In this document: piece after piece, positions 1 to 14,211 of the stretch | Position numbering within the stretch: the stretch's first letter is position 1 | How the letters are laid out: the number at the start of each line of letters is the position of its first letter | Source: Eledone cirrhosa | Taxonomy: Eukaryota | Length of the DNA: 64,000 nt | Assembly (NCBI GenBank): GCA_964016885.1 | Contig: OZ024741.1 | Coordinates: 61,690,001 to 61,754,000, forward strand | Direction of reading: 5' to 3' | Translations under genes and position numbers: made by a program | The notes under the pieces: generated by a model | Database searches by the model: none | Told to the model about the DNA's origin: nothing | Seen by the model: the letters and a program-made list of their open reading frames with translations, nothing else

Positions 1-81
1 TCCCATAACTGTCATTGTCATCATTACCTTTATCATCATCTCTATCATTGACATCACCAGCTTTACAATTTTTCCCCCATG

Positions 82-296
82 TTGGTATGGGTTGGTACAG
101 GGCCAACATGCTTTGCACCATATAGTTATTCTCTTTATGTTCTGAGTTCAAATCCTGCCGAGATTTGCCAAGATTAGCTTTGCCTGTCATCCTTACTGGG
201 GTCAATAAAATAAAGCACCATATAACACTGGGGTTGATTTAATTGACTTTCCCTCCCCCCATATTGCTGGTCTTGTACCTAAATCAGAAACCATTG
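82..296 (+). mobile_element. tRNA-derived SINE (short family)
   Basis: B-box GAGTTCAAATC, then core TTTGCCT.TCATCCTTAC.GGGGTC.ATAAAATAAAG.ACCA shared with >10 copies in the window. Confidence 0.8.
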
Positions 297-307
297 TTAT
301 TGTTGTT

Positions 308-359
<52 letters not shown>

Positions 360-364
360 CAGTG

Positions 365-432
<68 letters not shown>

Positions 433-474
433 GGTGGTAGTAGTAGAGGCAGTGGTGGTGGTAGTAGTAGTGGC

Positions 475-551
<77 letters not shown>

Positions 552-560
552 CAGCAGCAG
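297..560. repeat. (TAG)n/(TGG)n microsatellite
   Basis: Direct reading; explains the poly-T/Y/V ORFs. Confidence 0.97.
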
Positions 561-969
561 CCCCCCCCCCCATAACTGGATAAAACAAACCTTGCAACTA
601 TGACAAATAAATCAATAATTTGATAAAACAGAAACAACTAAAGCAGAATTTTAGAAACAGCAGCCATTTGGAAGTAATTGAAGCTATCAAGTTATTTGCT
701 TTTTCTGTTTGTTTATTTGTTTTGTGATGATGTTATTGTTATTATTATTGTTATTATTATCATCATCACCATTGTTATGCAGATAACTGATAACAATCAT
801 GCATATAACATAAAACAAACTTTAATATCTTTAATATGTTGAGATATGAACAAAGATATTTGAAATTATGCAAAGAATATTGGCAAGCAGTTCTTGATAA
901 TAATAAGTTGAAAAAAGTGGACGAACAATTAGGAAAGAAAATAAACAAAGAAAGAATTCCTTCATTTAT

Positions 970-1159
970 ACTTTTACTGGTTTCAGTCATTAGACTGTGA
1001 CCATGGTGCAGCACTGCCTTAAAGGGATCTTTAGTTGATTATATCAACACCAGTACTTCTTTTCAAGTATGGTACTTATTTTATCAATCTCCTTTTGTCA
1101 AACTGCTATGTTATAGAATATAAATATAGACATGGATACACATACGCACACACATGCAT

Positions 1160-1202
<43 letters not shown>

Positions 1203-1832
1203 AGTCCCAGGTTAGCTTTGCCTTTCATCCTTACAGGGTCAATAAAATAAAAGTACCAGTAAGGCACCGTGGTCGATTTAATTGACTTTCCCCTGTCCCC
1301 CCAAATTCTTACCCTTGTAAATCAGAAACTCTCTCTCTCTATATATATATATATAAAAGTTATGTTGGTACTACAACATCCAGTCCAAACTAATGAGATC
1401 ATGTAGGTGTCATGACAAAACAAAACAACACACAGTCCCTGCTGTATGTGGCCATGTAGGTAACACAGTAACAAATTCCCAGTCCACACTGTAAATGTGG
1501 TTGGTGTTAGGAAGGGCATCCAGTCGTAGAAAACCTCTGGATAGTCCTATACGAGCAAGACGCGGTCACCCGACCAATCTTGCCTCAAGTGGGACAACCC
1601 CATCTAACCCATGCTAGCATGCAAGATAGAGACGTTAAATGATGATGATGATGATATATATATATACATATGATAGGCTTCTGTAGATTCCATCTATAAA
1701 ATTTCACTGATAAGTCATTGGTCAACATAAGGTTACAGAAGACACATACCCATGATGCCACAACACAGTAAGACTGAACTCAGAAGCATATGGTTGCAAA
1801 GTGAACTCCTTGATCACACAGCAATGTCTGTG
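970..1832 (-). mobile_element. Long SINE split by nested insertions (short SINE ~1205-1329; RTE-type 3' tail ~1355-1655)
   Basis: 970-1135 and 1670-1832 match the two halves of the element also seen at 25800-26535 and 12850-13010; the nested pieces lie in its internal CA/TA tract. Confidence 0.65.
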
Positions 1833-2119
1833 ACTAATTATGCAAAAATTAAAATAAAATTTCAAACAATTTCAAAATAATATAGAAAAATGCCAGAATC
1901 TGAAACATCATTTGGTTGTTGTAAGGAATATTTGCATACAAAGTTTCCAATAAATAGCTCAGATAAGATTTGATACACAGATAAAGGATAAACCATAGAT
2001 TAAGAAATTTAAACATGGATAAATTTAGAGAAACAACAGCAAGCATTAGAGAATCTGTGTAAAATTAACAATAAAGCCTTCTGTTATTGCATGCTTAAAC
2101 CACTTTGTCTTTTTGTTAT

Positions 2120-2574
2120 TTAACTCTTAATATCCTCTACTACATGAAACCACACAAGCAAAACATTCTTAAAATGTACAAGACAACACTATAACTGCAT
2201 TAAAAACTGAAGGCTTTAGAACATTTTCACAGCAATCGGTCTACGAGTAGATATAATCATAGACATGTGAATTAATATATCCAGTTTTAGATAATTTCTG
2301 GTAAATCATTGCAGCGTATTATGAGTTGAATAATAAAAAGAAGTTTATATGTAAAACTGACAGCAAATCTTAACTCTTAATATTTTGTATTGATTTAGCA
2401 GAAAATATATGAAAGCAGGGTTGCTAATTCAAATGCTTATAGTGTCATTTCTAGTGAACAAATTGTTGTGAAAATACTTTAATGTTTAATATAATGCGAT
2501 CATAGCGTAATTTTGTACTTTTCAAGAATGACTTGTTAATGTGGTTTCATGTGGTACAGAACATTAAGAGTTAA
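2120..2574. mobile_element. piggyBac-like MITE
   Basis: TTAA at both ends with inverted termini CTCTTAAT...ATTAAGAG and degenerate subterminal IRs (ACATGAAACCACA / TGTGGTTTCATGT). Confidence 0.65.
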
Positions 2575-3030
2575 TGAACAATGTTTGGCAATAAATTTTT
2601 TTAAATAACTAGGTTATAGACAGTTTTTCAATAAAAGTCCTACTTTACAATTGTAACCTTCAAAATATAAAAATAAAATATTTATAACCTTAAATATATT
2701 TACAACCAATCAATGAATGGTGAGGTTTATTTTGAGGATTTCTGATAAATAACAAAGAGATGAACAGCAACCATTTGCAACAGTTTTGCATAAATTAGGA
2801 AGGCGTACCTACTACTACTACTACAACTGCTGGCACCATCATCACTACTAATACTGCTACCCCTAATACTACTACAAGTAGTTTCTAGAGATATTTACAT
2901 AATTGATGTGTAAATTCTTTCTCTTTAACTTGTACATTTTTTTCACTTCCGACCAAAATATAAAAATAATAATCACAATGATTCATAATCACTCTGGACT
3001 ATGCCATAAGGGAAGCCATTATATTTTTCA

Positions 3031-3134
3031 AATCCCGCCGAGGTTTACTTTGCCTTTCATCCTTACAGGGTCGATAAAATAAAGTACCAGTAATGCACTG
3101 GATAATTGCTGGCCTTGTGCCTAAAGTAGAAACA
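3031..3134 (+). mobile_element. 5'-truncated short SINE with 13-bp TSD
   Basis: SINE core flanked by ATTATATTTTTCA at 3018-3030 and 3135-3147. Confidence 0.85.
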
Positions 3135-3174
3135 ATTATATTTTTCATAATCTCTCTGGACTATGCCATATGTT

Positions 3175-3870
3175 CATTGTTAATGAACAAGATCTCGGCT
3201 TTACATTGACACAAACAAAGGAGAAATAAACAAAACCCACCAACTGTTATATGTGTTTCAGATTTTGCTGATGACATAGCTCTTTTATCAAATACCATTG
3301 ATCAAGTTCAAGAACTTTTTCATAAAGTCAAATTCTCTGCCAGGAAAATTGGTCTACACATAATTGTAACCAAGACAGAGTACAGATCACTAAACCAAGA
3401 AGATGGATATCTTGTCACACTGAATGGCAGAATACTAAAGTGAGTTGATGATTTTCTATATTTAGGCAGCTGGATGAGTTCATAAAAAAAGTACATTGAC
3501 ATTAGAATTATCAAAGTATCGGCTTCAATGAACAATACGGAAAGGAAATGGAAGTCAGAACTACCCAGAAAAAAATAATTATTCCTCAGAACATCTGTTG
3601 AGTCAGTGATGTATGGATTAAGTATATATGGACCCTGACAAGTGCTTAAAAAGAAACTAGATGGTGCATTGACTAAAATGCTTAGGGTTGTACAAATCAT
3701 AAACTGGCATAAATGTATTGTAAATGAAAGTTTGTACGGAAACTTGCCTAAAATAATTACAATTGCTCAAAGACAGTTACAATTTGCAGGACATTGTTGG
3801 AGAAATAAGCAGGATATTATACACAAGTTACCATTGTGGGAACCCACTCATGGGAAACATATACATGGAG
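3175..3870 (+). pseudogene. Decayed non-LTR retrotransposon RT C-terminal fragment (RTE/RTEX-like)
   Basis: Translates DFADDIALLS...KIGLHI..TKTEY...DFLYLGSW and QLQFAGHCWR...LWEPTHGK, with stops and frameshifts. Confidence 0.75.
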
Positions 3871-4299
3871 CTATTTTACCCAATTCCCTCAGCTATTATT
3901 TATAGTGATTGACTGTAATTACAGTTATTTTCTGCATTTGGGATTCTCACATTTTAAAATTTCGAATCTCCCAGTGTTTCGATAATTCATAAGGTTTGTT
4001 TACTTATAACTATATTTTAGCCCAAAGCTGTTTAGTATAGCATCTGAAAATAGATGGGAAGAAGTGTAAGTCAGCTTCTTAGGATAAAAGTATCACACTC
4101 GCGTGCTGTTGCTGTGTCAAAGGGTTTTACTTGATACTTTCAGTTACTATCTATAGTGATCAACAGTTATTAACATTATTTTCTGCATTTAGGATTCTTA
4201 CATTTTGAAATGTGTGTCCATTTCTATGTTTACATCTTGTAATTCAGCAATTAGACACTCCAGTAAACTCTGTCTGGCAGAGAAATATAAGGATACTGT

Positions 4300-4885
4300 C
4301 AAGTCCAAGCTAGCTGATGAAGGTAATTTCCAACATGCACTTGAGAGGTTTTCTGCTGAGTGCAGCATGGCAGGAATACAAACCAGTGCTGTGAAGACTG
4401 AGACACTTCTCCTCAGAAGGAGGCCTATGCAGTGTATTCTACATGTTAGTGAAGTTCCACTGGAGCAGGTGGAGAAGTTCAAGTATCTCAGGGCCATTTT
4501 CATGAAAGATGGAAGGCAGAAGGCTGAATTAAGTGCAGACATTTCTGGAGCTAGTGCAATAATTGTTTCTACGTTTGGCACAAGGCCAGCAATTACCCAG
4601 TGCATTACTGGTACTTTATTTTATCAACCCCGTAAGGATGAAAGGCAAAGTCAACCTCGGCGGGATTTGAACTCAGAATGACAAGGGCCGTACCTCTATG
4701 CGTCAAAGCATGGCGTCCGACCCTCTACCGATACTGCCAATCCACCGTAGTGCAATAATGCAGCAGCTTCAGCATTCAATCATCAGAAGAAAGGAAGTAA
4801 GTATGGAGCCAAATGGGCTATCATCGATTCAGTATACATGTCAACACTTGAACCTTGGGTCATGACTGAAAGAATATGAGTATGC
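4300..4885 (+). pseudogene. Decayed RTE-like RT fragment interrupted by a SINE
   Basis: FQHALERFSAEC...KTE...LEQVEKFKYL; continues after the SINE. Confidence 0.7.
4564..4747 (-). mobile_element. Full-length short tRNA-SINE with 12-bp TSD
   Basis: Minus strand A-box TGGCAGTATCGG and B-box GAGTTCAAATC; TSD TAGTGCAATAAT at 4552-4563 and 4748-4759. Confidence 0.9.
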
Positions 4886-5044
4886 AGGGGAAATTCTTGA
4901 GTAACGAGCACTTAGCCATAATATATGAATATTTATATACTACTTCAGTTCAACTGTTTTAGATCAGGTCAGTTATGGTACATCATCATCATCTTCATCT
5001 ATAATTATAACAACACACATATATATATATATATATATATGTCC

Positions 5045-5335
5045 ATTACCAGTGTCACAACAAAGTTCCTCCTTCAGCTCACCCTGTCTGAATTTCCACT
5101 GCTTCCAATGCAGTGTTATCTTCAAGAACATCCTTCAACATAGCGGTTGGTCTGCCAACTGATCTGGACACACCAGGTTTCCAGAACAGAACTCTGTCAG
5201 CAAGTTTATTGTGACATTTCATATGTCCAGATAATACGAGCCTCCTACACCTTATGATGTCAGAAAGGTGAAGGTATGAGCTGTAGAGCAATTTATTTTC
5301 TATGTGTTCTCCAGGATAAATTGTGGACAATCATT
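5045..5335 (-). pseudogene. Decayed LINE ORF C-terminus (RTE/RTEX-like)
   Basis: LSDIIRCRRLVLSGH...DRVLFWKP...RSVGRP motif. Confidence 0.65.
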
Positions 5336-6149
5336 TTAGTCCTAGTAATCCCAGAATCAGTATCCTGTTGCCATCCTGGTACATTTTCTCAGATCAAATC
5401 ATTTGTTATCCTGGTACATGATCTGAGATAAAATTATTTGCCATGCTGATTCCTAACCTCTAATCAGATTACTTGCCATCCTAATATATTAACTTAGATT
5501 GAATCAATTGCCTAACAATTTTGATGACATAAGTATAATGAAATAATTAAATATAGAATAACTTCTAAATTTTTGATATGCAAATTATATTTTTGAAGCT
5601 CAGAAAGGAAAAATATAACAATGTTAGTAGAGAACTGATTAAACTTTAAATGTATAGTTTTCAGGAATTTTATCTGACATGTTTTAAATACATTATTTTG
5701 TAATTTCTAGAAATATTGTGGTTATTCATTTTCACCAACACCACCACTATCATCAACATCACCACCCGCAACAATAACACCAACAACATTGATGTCACCA
5801 CTTCCACCCATAACAGCACCAACACCATCACCACCACCACTACTCCATTGAATTCTCTACTAACAGCTAAACATATTTAGTATGCTAATTTAATCCACTT
5901 ATTGCATAATAAAATCAATTGATTTAACTTGAACAAAACATACATTGTGTAATATTTAATCAACAACTCATAATGAAAGCTTACAATTAAAAAATAAAAC
6001 AAACTAATCTAACTGTAATTGACAAACTTTTATGTATTAATTAAATTCATTAGCGGAACTTGTTAGGCTAGTGAAAAACAACACCTTGCTTTATGTGTTT
6101 CATAAATTATTTATAACAGTAAGTTTTCTATACATCCAACTGCAAAGAA

Positions 6150-6530
6150 AACTTACTCATGCTCATGAATCTTGGGTAATGATCGAAAGAATACAATCAC
6201 AAATACAAGTGGCTAAAATAGAGTTCCTCCGAAGGGTTTTTAGAATAATGTTACTTGATAGAGTGTGTAGCTCGGAGAACAGAGAGTCACTCCAGATAGA
6301 GCTGCTTTTTTTACAAATCGAGAGATCACAGCTCCAATACTATGAACATGTGGTTAGAATGTCTCAGGAAAGAATCGCTGGACATATTTTACAGGCAAAA
6401 CCAACTGGCAAAAGACCCAGAGTTAGACCCCGAGCAAGATGGTTGGATAACATCCATATAGATTGGCTGGTCTCACTTGGGGATCCAGCCAGATCAGTTG
6501 GAGATGGTTGCTTCTGACAGGACCTGCTGG
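6150..6530 (+). pseudogene. Decayed RTE ORF C-terminus
   Basis: HESWVM...EFLRR...IERSQLQYYEHVVRM...GKRPRVRPRARW. Confidence 0.75.
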
Positions 6531-6552
6531 AAGGAGTGTTTGAGGATGGGAA

Positions 6553-6897
6553 AGCAAGAATAGCTGTTAAAACAGTCAAATGCTGTCAATGACAGCATGC
6601 ATGTCGGGTAAAATTACCTCAAAGGAGAGAAGTTCATAGCCAGTGTTCCATATAGAGGAAAGTATAGCTCTGAGGTGAGTGACAGGCAGATGAAACATAT
6701 AAAAGATTGAGAGAGGAGGAGAAGTGTGGTGAGAAGAAGAAAGAAAGGAAGACAAATGGAGATTGGGGTTACAATAAGAGTTGAGATTAAAATTAAGAAC
6801 AGTACAAAATTTACACATGCCTCTGACCTCATCAGCTCTCAAACAGGCATGCATGCAGTCATTGATGGCATTTGGCTGTTTTAACATCTACTCTTGC
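6553..6897. repeat. Degenerate inverted repeat (~55-bp arms, ~240-bp spacer)
   Basis: GCAAGAATAGCTGTTAAAACAGTCAAATGCTGTCAATGACAGCATGCATG vs CATGCATGCAGTCATTGATGGCATTTGGCTGTTTTAACATCTACTCTTGC. Confidence 0.75.
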
Positions 6898-7000
6898 ATT
6901 CGTGTTTTCAAATTATTTCTATAAATTTCAAATATACTTATGCTTCATCTCCAGTTTCGAGACAACAATGATTATATGTCTGTGTGTGTATGTGTGCATG

Positions 7001-7045
<45 letters not shown>

Positions 7046-7818
7046 TAAAATTAGGGGATCTACTTTTCTGTATCTTATATATACATATATAAGCAGTAAT
7101 AGATCTCTAATACCATGCTTCACACATGTATGGTACTGTAGCAACATAAGTTTAATATGATCAGCGATTAACGACCATCAAACCATTCAATAAAGACATC
7201 AGAATTATTAATATATTCCACTAATTAATTATGGTCATCAATAAAAGTTAATACACTAACATTAAACCATTGATCATTGGGTCAATTAGTAAAAATATTT
7301 TTATAAAATATACATATATATCATCATTTTACATGATTGTGTTTGACAAATCTTCTCCAGAAAACCCTCCCTTCACTCATGTTCCTTTGTCACATCCTCT
7401 GTGAGATACAGAGGTTTGAGATTAACTCTCATCACTTCTACCCATATCTTTTGACTTCCTTCCACTGTGTTCTCTTGGATCGCCTTCACTGAAACAATCA
7501 TCATCCATACACAGTACATGTCCATACCTGTATAGTCTTCTCACTTAAAAATGATATCTGATTACTCTTATACACAGTCTTTATCTCAACTCTTTCATGC
7601 TTCATTGTTCATGTACACTATCGTTACACATACATTGAGATTAAATATATATGTGATTCATTTCATTATAATTGCAAGACTATATGGGTATATGTGTGAC
7701 TCATGTTTCATACATCCTTCAAAATAAAATAATTATACGTCATTCTACCCACGCATTGAGTTTTTTGTTTCTCCAGTTTGCACAGTCAAACTTATGTGTG
7801 AGAGAGAGAGAGAGAGAG

Positions 7819-7997
7819 TTTAATCGGGGGTAACCTCAGTAGGCAAGGTACTCAATAATACAATAGTAGAATGTATACAACAAATTTAATGTAGAAATGG
7901 CTTCTACAGGACTAGAACTGTTTTATTCAAAGGAAATCATTAGTAAAGCCCTGATGATTTCTTTCGAATGAAACAGTTCTAGTCCTGTAAAAGCCAT
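7819..7997. mobile_element. Penelope-like pLTR-derived fold-back element with hammerhead motif
   Basis: 47-bp arms 7897-7943 / 7951-7997; right arm CTGATGA-TTTCTTTCGAAT-GAAA-CAG..CTG-TA. Confidence 0.7.
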
Positions 7998-8019
7998 ATA
8001 TATATATATAATTACATAT

Positions 8020-9195
8020 CATCATCATTTTAAGGGTTGGACAGGTCTACAGAGACCAAGTCAGTACTTGAATGGAGCCACTGATCTCCAAGGCAGGCCA
8101 GGGCTCTGTGTCTTAATCTATGTATGGTCAACACTCCACCGAGTGCATAGGAGAGATTGTCATGTCATTGATACAACTGAGGGTCCTCATGATCTTTTTG
8201 TTCAGCAAGATTTCTATGGCTAGATGACTTTCCTATCACCAATCACTTTACAGCATGTACTAGGTGCATTTATTGTGTAGATCACCAAACAATAGGGAGG
8301 CTGTCATGTCCTTGACAAAACTGAAGGGTCCTCCCAATCCTTTGTTAAGCTCTCCACAGCTGAATGCCCTACCCATCACCAACCGCCTCACAGTGGGGGG
8401 GGGGGCATCTGCTCGGAACGGGGTGCATGTGTGGTGGGGTTGAAGTAGTGATGCTGAGGATCACTGTTGGGGAGTGCTAGTTGAGGCAGAGAGTGGAGCA
8501 TAGGGGTAGGTCAGATCACATTTATGCTGCAGGTCAGGTCTTCCTCAGCTCTCAAGCCAGCCCTTGTGGTCTTTAGACATTTCTGTTATGAGGTTTTTTA
8601 GGTCAGTTTTAACAACCTCATCACATGTTTTCCTGGATTCCAGCCACTGAGGTTTCTCCGAATTTCTTTATGCAGCAGTTATCTTTCATGCACATCACAT
8701 GTCCATACCAAAACAATCTTCTTTCTTGCACACTACATCCAATTCCTCTTATGCCAAGTTTTTCCCTCAGTTTGCTTATGCTATGTCACCCATGCACACT
8801 AATATTACACATCCATTGGGGCATACTCAACTCATTTTTTTCTAACCTCCACATTTCTTCTGCAGTCAAGGCCATGTTTCATTGCCATGTATCATTAGTT
8901 TACACATAAGCACCATACAGTCTACTCTTCACTCAGAGAGAAAAGCATTTTGTTGTCAGCAGCAGTAATAGATCTCTAAACTTCTTCCAGCCTCTTATTA
9001 ATCTAGCTAGCACATTTTCAGCACATCCTCCCTCACTACTAATTTGATCACCTAGGTAGTGAAAGCTGTCAACAACTTCTAGAGACCCCCCCCCCCCATG
9101 GTAGCTGAAAGAATCTATTTACGTGTGCTCTTTGTGGTCACTTCCAATGTGCACCTGCTGCATATAAAGTCTATTTTTTCCATTAGTCTACCTCA
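8020..9195 (-). mobile_element. Old RTE LINE 3' fragment
   Basis: Degenerate match to the RTE C-terminus (..RRLFWYGHVMCM..) of the younger copies, plus 3' UTR remnants. Confidence 0.7.
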
Positions 9196-10310
9196 ATCAA
9201 GTTAGGTAGGGTATCCAGCTGTAGAAATAGCAAAATGAAATGTATCAGCACAACATGATCATCTGACCTGTCTAGTCACGGAACATGACAGCCTGTTCAA
9301 CCCCTGCCAGCATGGAAAATGGATGTAAAATGGTGATGATGATGATGATAAAGGATTTGGCCAGGGGTAATATAGTATTATAAAGCTATCATTCTGGTAG
9401 CAACTTTATGTATTGTGGTATGGCTTGACTGATGTTGTACAAAATGTGACATTGTGCCATAAAGTGACATAATAAAAGTTATTTTCCTGAATTCTAAGCA
9501 TAAATGCCAAGAAATAGTTTGGCATATTAAATAATTTACTAAATAAAAATTACGAATTTTCAATGTGGAGCATTCTGGTGGAAATTATTCTATGATTTGG
9601 TGCCAATTTTTATGTTCAGAAGAATAACTGTTGTTTAAAGTTCATCATGAATTCTTAACCTTAAAGCGGTTGCATGAGTATAATTAAAAGTTTTCTATCA
9701 ACAGAAAGATTTCTAGAGATTTATGGACAAAACTACACTACACTTGCTGTATGCAAATGAGTATAACTTGAGAATATGTGCCATGCTTTTGCTCAGGGTT
9801 TGAAGTAGCCATGTAGACATAAGCAGGCGCTCCTTTTGATCCAGCAGTACATCCAGGAGGTGACAGCTAGGAGAGAGAGCTGTACCAGTACTGTGTTGAT
9901 ACATTCTTTATCAACCACAAAAATGAAAACCAAAGTGGACTCGACAAAGAGTTCCAGAACAAATTACCAATGTGAATTGCCAAAAATAAGTTGTTTTTGG
10001 GGGGTATGAGGCTATTTTGTTTAAATAAGCAACTATATGTACAGAATTTATGTCACGAGAGGCCATCAACATTTTATAAAAATAATTGAGCAGTATGTAA
10101 TAAAAACAAAACACACTACATGCCAGTCTGAGTGGTGCCGCTGCTCTAATGACTCTGCCAAATCAACTCTCTTTTTATATGTGAGGGTATGTAATAATCA
10201 TCACCACCATGATCATCGTCCTTTATACCTGTTTTTCCATGCTTTCTGGTAGAGTAACTATAGCCAGATGTTCTTTATGGTGCCAAAACCATAATTTATA
10301 TATATATAAA

Positions 10311-10715
10311 GAGAAGACCTGCCTTACCTAAGTACAAAGTGAAACCTACTACAGTCAGGCACCTCTAACAAAATACACCCCGTCCCACTACCCACATCCC
10401 ATCCACACCACCCCTTTCAATGTAAAGTTATGTTGGTGTCACAACATCCAGCCCGAAACAAATGAGGTCGTGTAGGTGTCACGACAAAAAAAAAACACAC
10501 AGTCCACGCTGTAATGTGGCCGTGTAGGTAACACGGTAAAAACCTCCCAGTTCCACATTGTAAATGTGGTTGGTGTTAGGAAGGGCATCCAGCCGTAGAA
10601 AACCCGCCAGACAGTCCTATGCGAGCAAGACAACCACTCTTGCCTCAAGTGGGAAAACTCCCGTCCAGACCCATGCAAGCGTGGAATATGGACGTTAAAC
10701 GATGATGCTGACGAT
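10311..10715 (+). mobile_element. RTE LINE subfamily A, 3' UTR only
   Basis: Near-identical to 51682-52091; (GAT)n tail. Confidence 0.85.
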
Positions 10716-10924
10716 AAAGGGAATCATTCTGTCATTATGATAACAGAAGTCCAATGAGCTTTTTATTCCAGAGCTGGGGCCAATCAATACAGATTGAACC
10801 TTGAGCTGATCAATTGCAAAACAAGTGTCACACCTCAATAAATGTGATGAAAATTTAACACCTCCTCCATATTATATTCATGTATATATATATATACATA
10901 TACATACGGATACATACATATAAT

Positions 10925-11330
10925 ATGAGGTGATAAAAGCTGATCTTGCACAACTGCACCTCTCAAAGACAATGACATAGGATTGAGATATTTGGTGTTA
11001 TGCTGTAATACAGAAGACCCACATTCCCTTGTCCACAGACTCAAACATGCTTCCAGTAGGCACCTCTTAACCACTTAATCCATTACACAACCCTCCCACT
11101 TCTGTCCACACCACCTTTATACTATAAAGTTATATTGGTATCACAAAAATGTTCTAGCCCACACTGTAAAGTGGTCATGAAGATGTCATGACAAAAAGCA
11201 CCCAACCCATTCTATAAGGTAGTTGTGTAGGCGTCATGACTAAAAGCACCCATCCCACACTGTAAATGAGGTTGGTGTTAGGAAGGGCATCCAGTCATAG
11301 AAATCTAGACTCTAATGGGACAACACGTCT
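10925..11330 (+). mobile_element. Old RTE subfamily B-like 3' fragment
   Basis: TGAGGTGATAAAAGCTGATCTT..CACCTCTCAAAG matches 21003-21050; degenerate UTR units follow. Confidence 0.65.
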
Positions 11331-11468
11331 AACATTATCATCATTTAACTTCCATTTTCCATGCTAGCATGGGTTAGAAGGGTCCTATTTTGAGGGAAGT
11401 AGTGTCAGATGACCATATCTCGCTCATATAGGGGTATTTCTGGCTGGTTTATATGAGTGAGACACGTG

Positions 11469-12383
11469 CATCATCATCATCGTTTAACGTCCATCTTCCA
11501 CCTTGCATGGGTTTGGACGGGAATGTTCCAACTTGAGGCAAGAGTGATTGTCTTGCTCGTATAGGACTGTCTGGTGGGTTTTCTACGGCTGGATGCCCTT
11601 CCTAACACCAACCATGTTTACAATGTGGACTGGGAGGTTTTTACCGTGTTACCTACACGGCCACATTACAGCGTGGATTGTGATTTTTTTTGTCGTGACA
11701 CCTACACGACCTCATTTATTTTGGACTGGATGTTGTGGTACCAACATAACTTTACATCGAAAGGGGTGGTGTGGATGGGGTGGGGGTAGTGGGACGGGGG
11801 ATGTATTTTTGTTAGAGGTGCCTACTGACTGTAGGTTTCGCTTTGTACTTAGGCAAGGCGGGTCTTCTGTATAACTGTGTAGCGCTAAAGATCTCGGTCC
11901 AGTGACATTGTCTTGGAGAGGTGTAAGTGTCTGAGGTCAGAATTTATCAAGTCGTCCCAGGTTTTTCTGGGTCTACCTACTCCGTGGCTACTGTCTATTT
12001 TTATCGCCCTGCACTTTTTTATACAGCTGTCATCTTTTATGCGCATCACGTGACCGTACCAACGTAGTCTTCTCTCGAGTAAACAACATCTGATCCCTCT
12101 TATTCCTAATTTCTCCCTTAGTTCGTTTATGCTTTGCCGTTCACATATATTACTATTACACATCCAGCGGAGCATGCAAGCTTCGTTCCTCTCCAGTCTG
12201 CGTATATCCTCTGCACACAATGCCCAAGTCTCACTGCCATGTAACATTGCTGTTCGTGTACAGGCATCATACAGCCTGCCTTTCATTTTTAGTGAGAACT
12301 CTTTAGCGGCCAATAGTGGTATAGGCTCTCTGAACTTTTTCCATCCCGTTCTGACTCTAGCTACTGTACTTTCAGAGCACCCT
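11469..12383 (-). mobile_element. RTE LINE subfamily A, 5'-truncated
   Basis: ORF 11885-12313 ([32 protein letters not shown]), then 3' UTR and (GAT)n. Confidence 0.92.
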
Positions 12384-12788
12384 CCATATATATATATATA
12401 TTTATTTATTTATATATATATATATATTTATTTATATATATGCATTTAAAAGATTTGAAGTCAGTGTTGCAGCAAATGTACAATCAAGTGCTTTGGATGG
12501 CACACTGCCTGTAATTAACTGTTACACACTTCTTAACAACAACAACAACAACGCCGCCGCCGCCCTCATCATCATCATCATCATCATAATTTAATGTCTA
12601 TCTTCCACGCTAGCATTTTCCCACTGGAGTTTTCCCACATGAGGCAAGATTGGTTGTCTCGCTCGTATAGGACTGTCTGGCAGGTTTGCTACGGCTGGAT
12701 GCCCTTCCTAACACCAACCATCTTTACAGTGTGGGCTGGGAGGTTTTTATCATGTTACCTACATGGCCACATTATAGCGTGGACTGTG

Positions 12789-12850
<62 letters not shown>

Positions 12851-14211
12851 TTTGATGGGCTTCATACAGTGTCCATCTACCAAATTCACAAACAAGACAT
12901 TAGTCAACCTGAAACTATAGTAGAAGCCACTTGGCCATGACAGGTTATACTCACACAATAAAATAGAACCTAAAACCAAATAACTACAAAATAAACTTCT
13001 TAAACACATGACTATATTAGTTAAATTTTGTTAAATATTTCCAAACAACTAAATTTGTATTCACTGATAAATGGCAGTGGCCATTATTATGTTAGGCCAC
13101 ATGCAATCACATGTAGTAAAGATTTTAAAAATCTTCTATAGAAGGTAACAAGGACAAATGTTGATGGGGATGGAGAACTAAGGTAAAATAATAATTGATT
13201 AGTTTGCAGTACTAGCAATTTATCCATTTTAGTAATCTGCAATTGAATAATCTGTCCTTGTTTAACTCCCACACCCATCTCACCACAGAAGTAATTCATT
13301 TTCTTCTGTACTTGTTAGTTACTGAGGAAGATATTGGTGACTGTGATGGTGGTGAGGAAAATTATGGACTTTGCTAGCTGGTGGTGGTTGTGGAGAAGAA
13401 TTATGCTCTTTGTTAGTTTGTGGTGGCTGTGGTTGTCGTGAAGGGAAAAATACTCAAAAGTTTTGGTTTAAATTACTCTTGTATGGCACCTTCTCATCTT
13501 TTCCTCACTGGCTAGCCATTATGTAAAGTGCATGATTTATCAAGCTTAAGTATCTTTCGTACAATATGCATCACATTAGCTTTCTATTTTCCGATCAACG
13601 GGATAAGACCTATGGGTCATTTGCCAAATGGATATGCATTAATGTCAGTTATGTTTTCCTTCTTGTTACTTACTAATTTAGACAAATGTACAGTACATAC
13701 ATACACCAACTTTCATGCGAGGAAAAAAAATCTAATGCTTTCACTTTACACATACTTTCCAATAACTTTCAGGAATATATTTCCAAAACCTATTCCATTT
13801 TACTGCTACTTACATTACTTACTCTGTACCTTCTCTGATAGCCAACCAAACAGTCCCCCAAGCAACCAGTCAACCAACCAACCAGCCAACTAACAAACTA
13901 ACCAACCAGTCAATCAAAAAACTCACCATCCAACCAAATAATCAACCAACCAACCAACCGACAAACAAACTAACCAGCCAAACCAAACAGTGAAACTGAC
14001 CCAATACTTTCAAGGAAAAACCACATCTAACCTTAGTGAAATATTAATGAAAAGTAAGCATGTATTATTCTGTACTTTTTTTTATCCCTGTAACAGAAGC
14101 ACGACAACCTATTTTATCATTATTTGGGAAGTAAAATGTCTTTGTTTTCCAAACTGAAACAACCTTGTTTAAAATATTCTACACATAGAGAGTATGCCCC
14201 CAACCCCTCCT

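Noticed and set aside
6810-6840. CTGATGAGG on the minus strand inside an inverted repeat
   Set aside because: No downstream GAAA or stem III; at best a decayed hammerhead.
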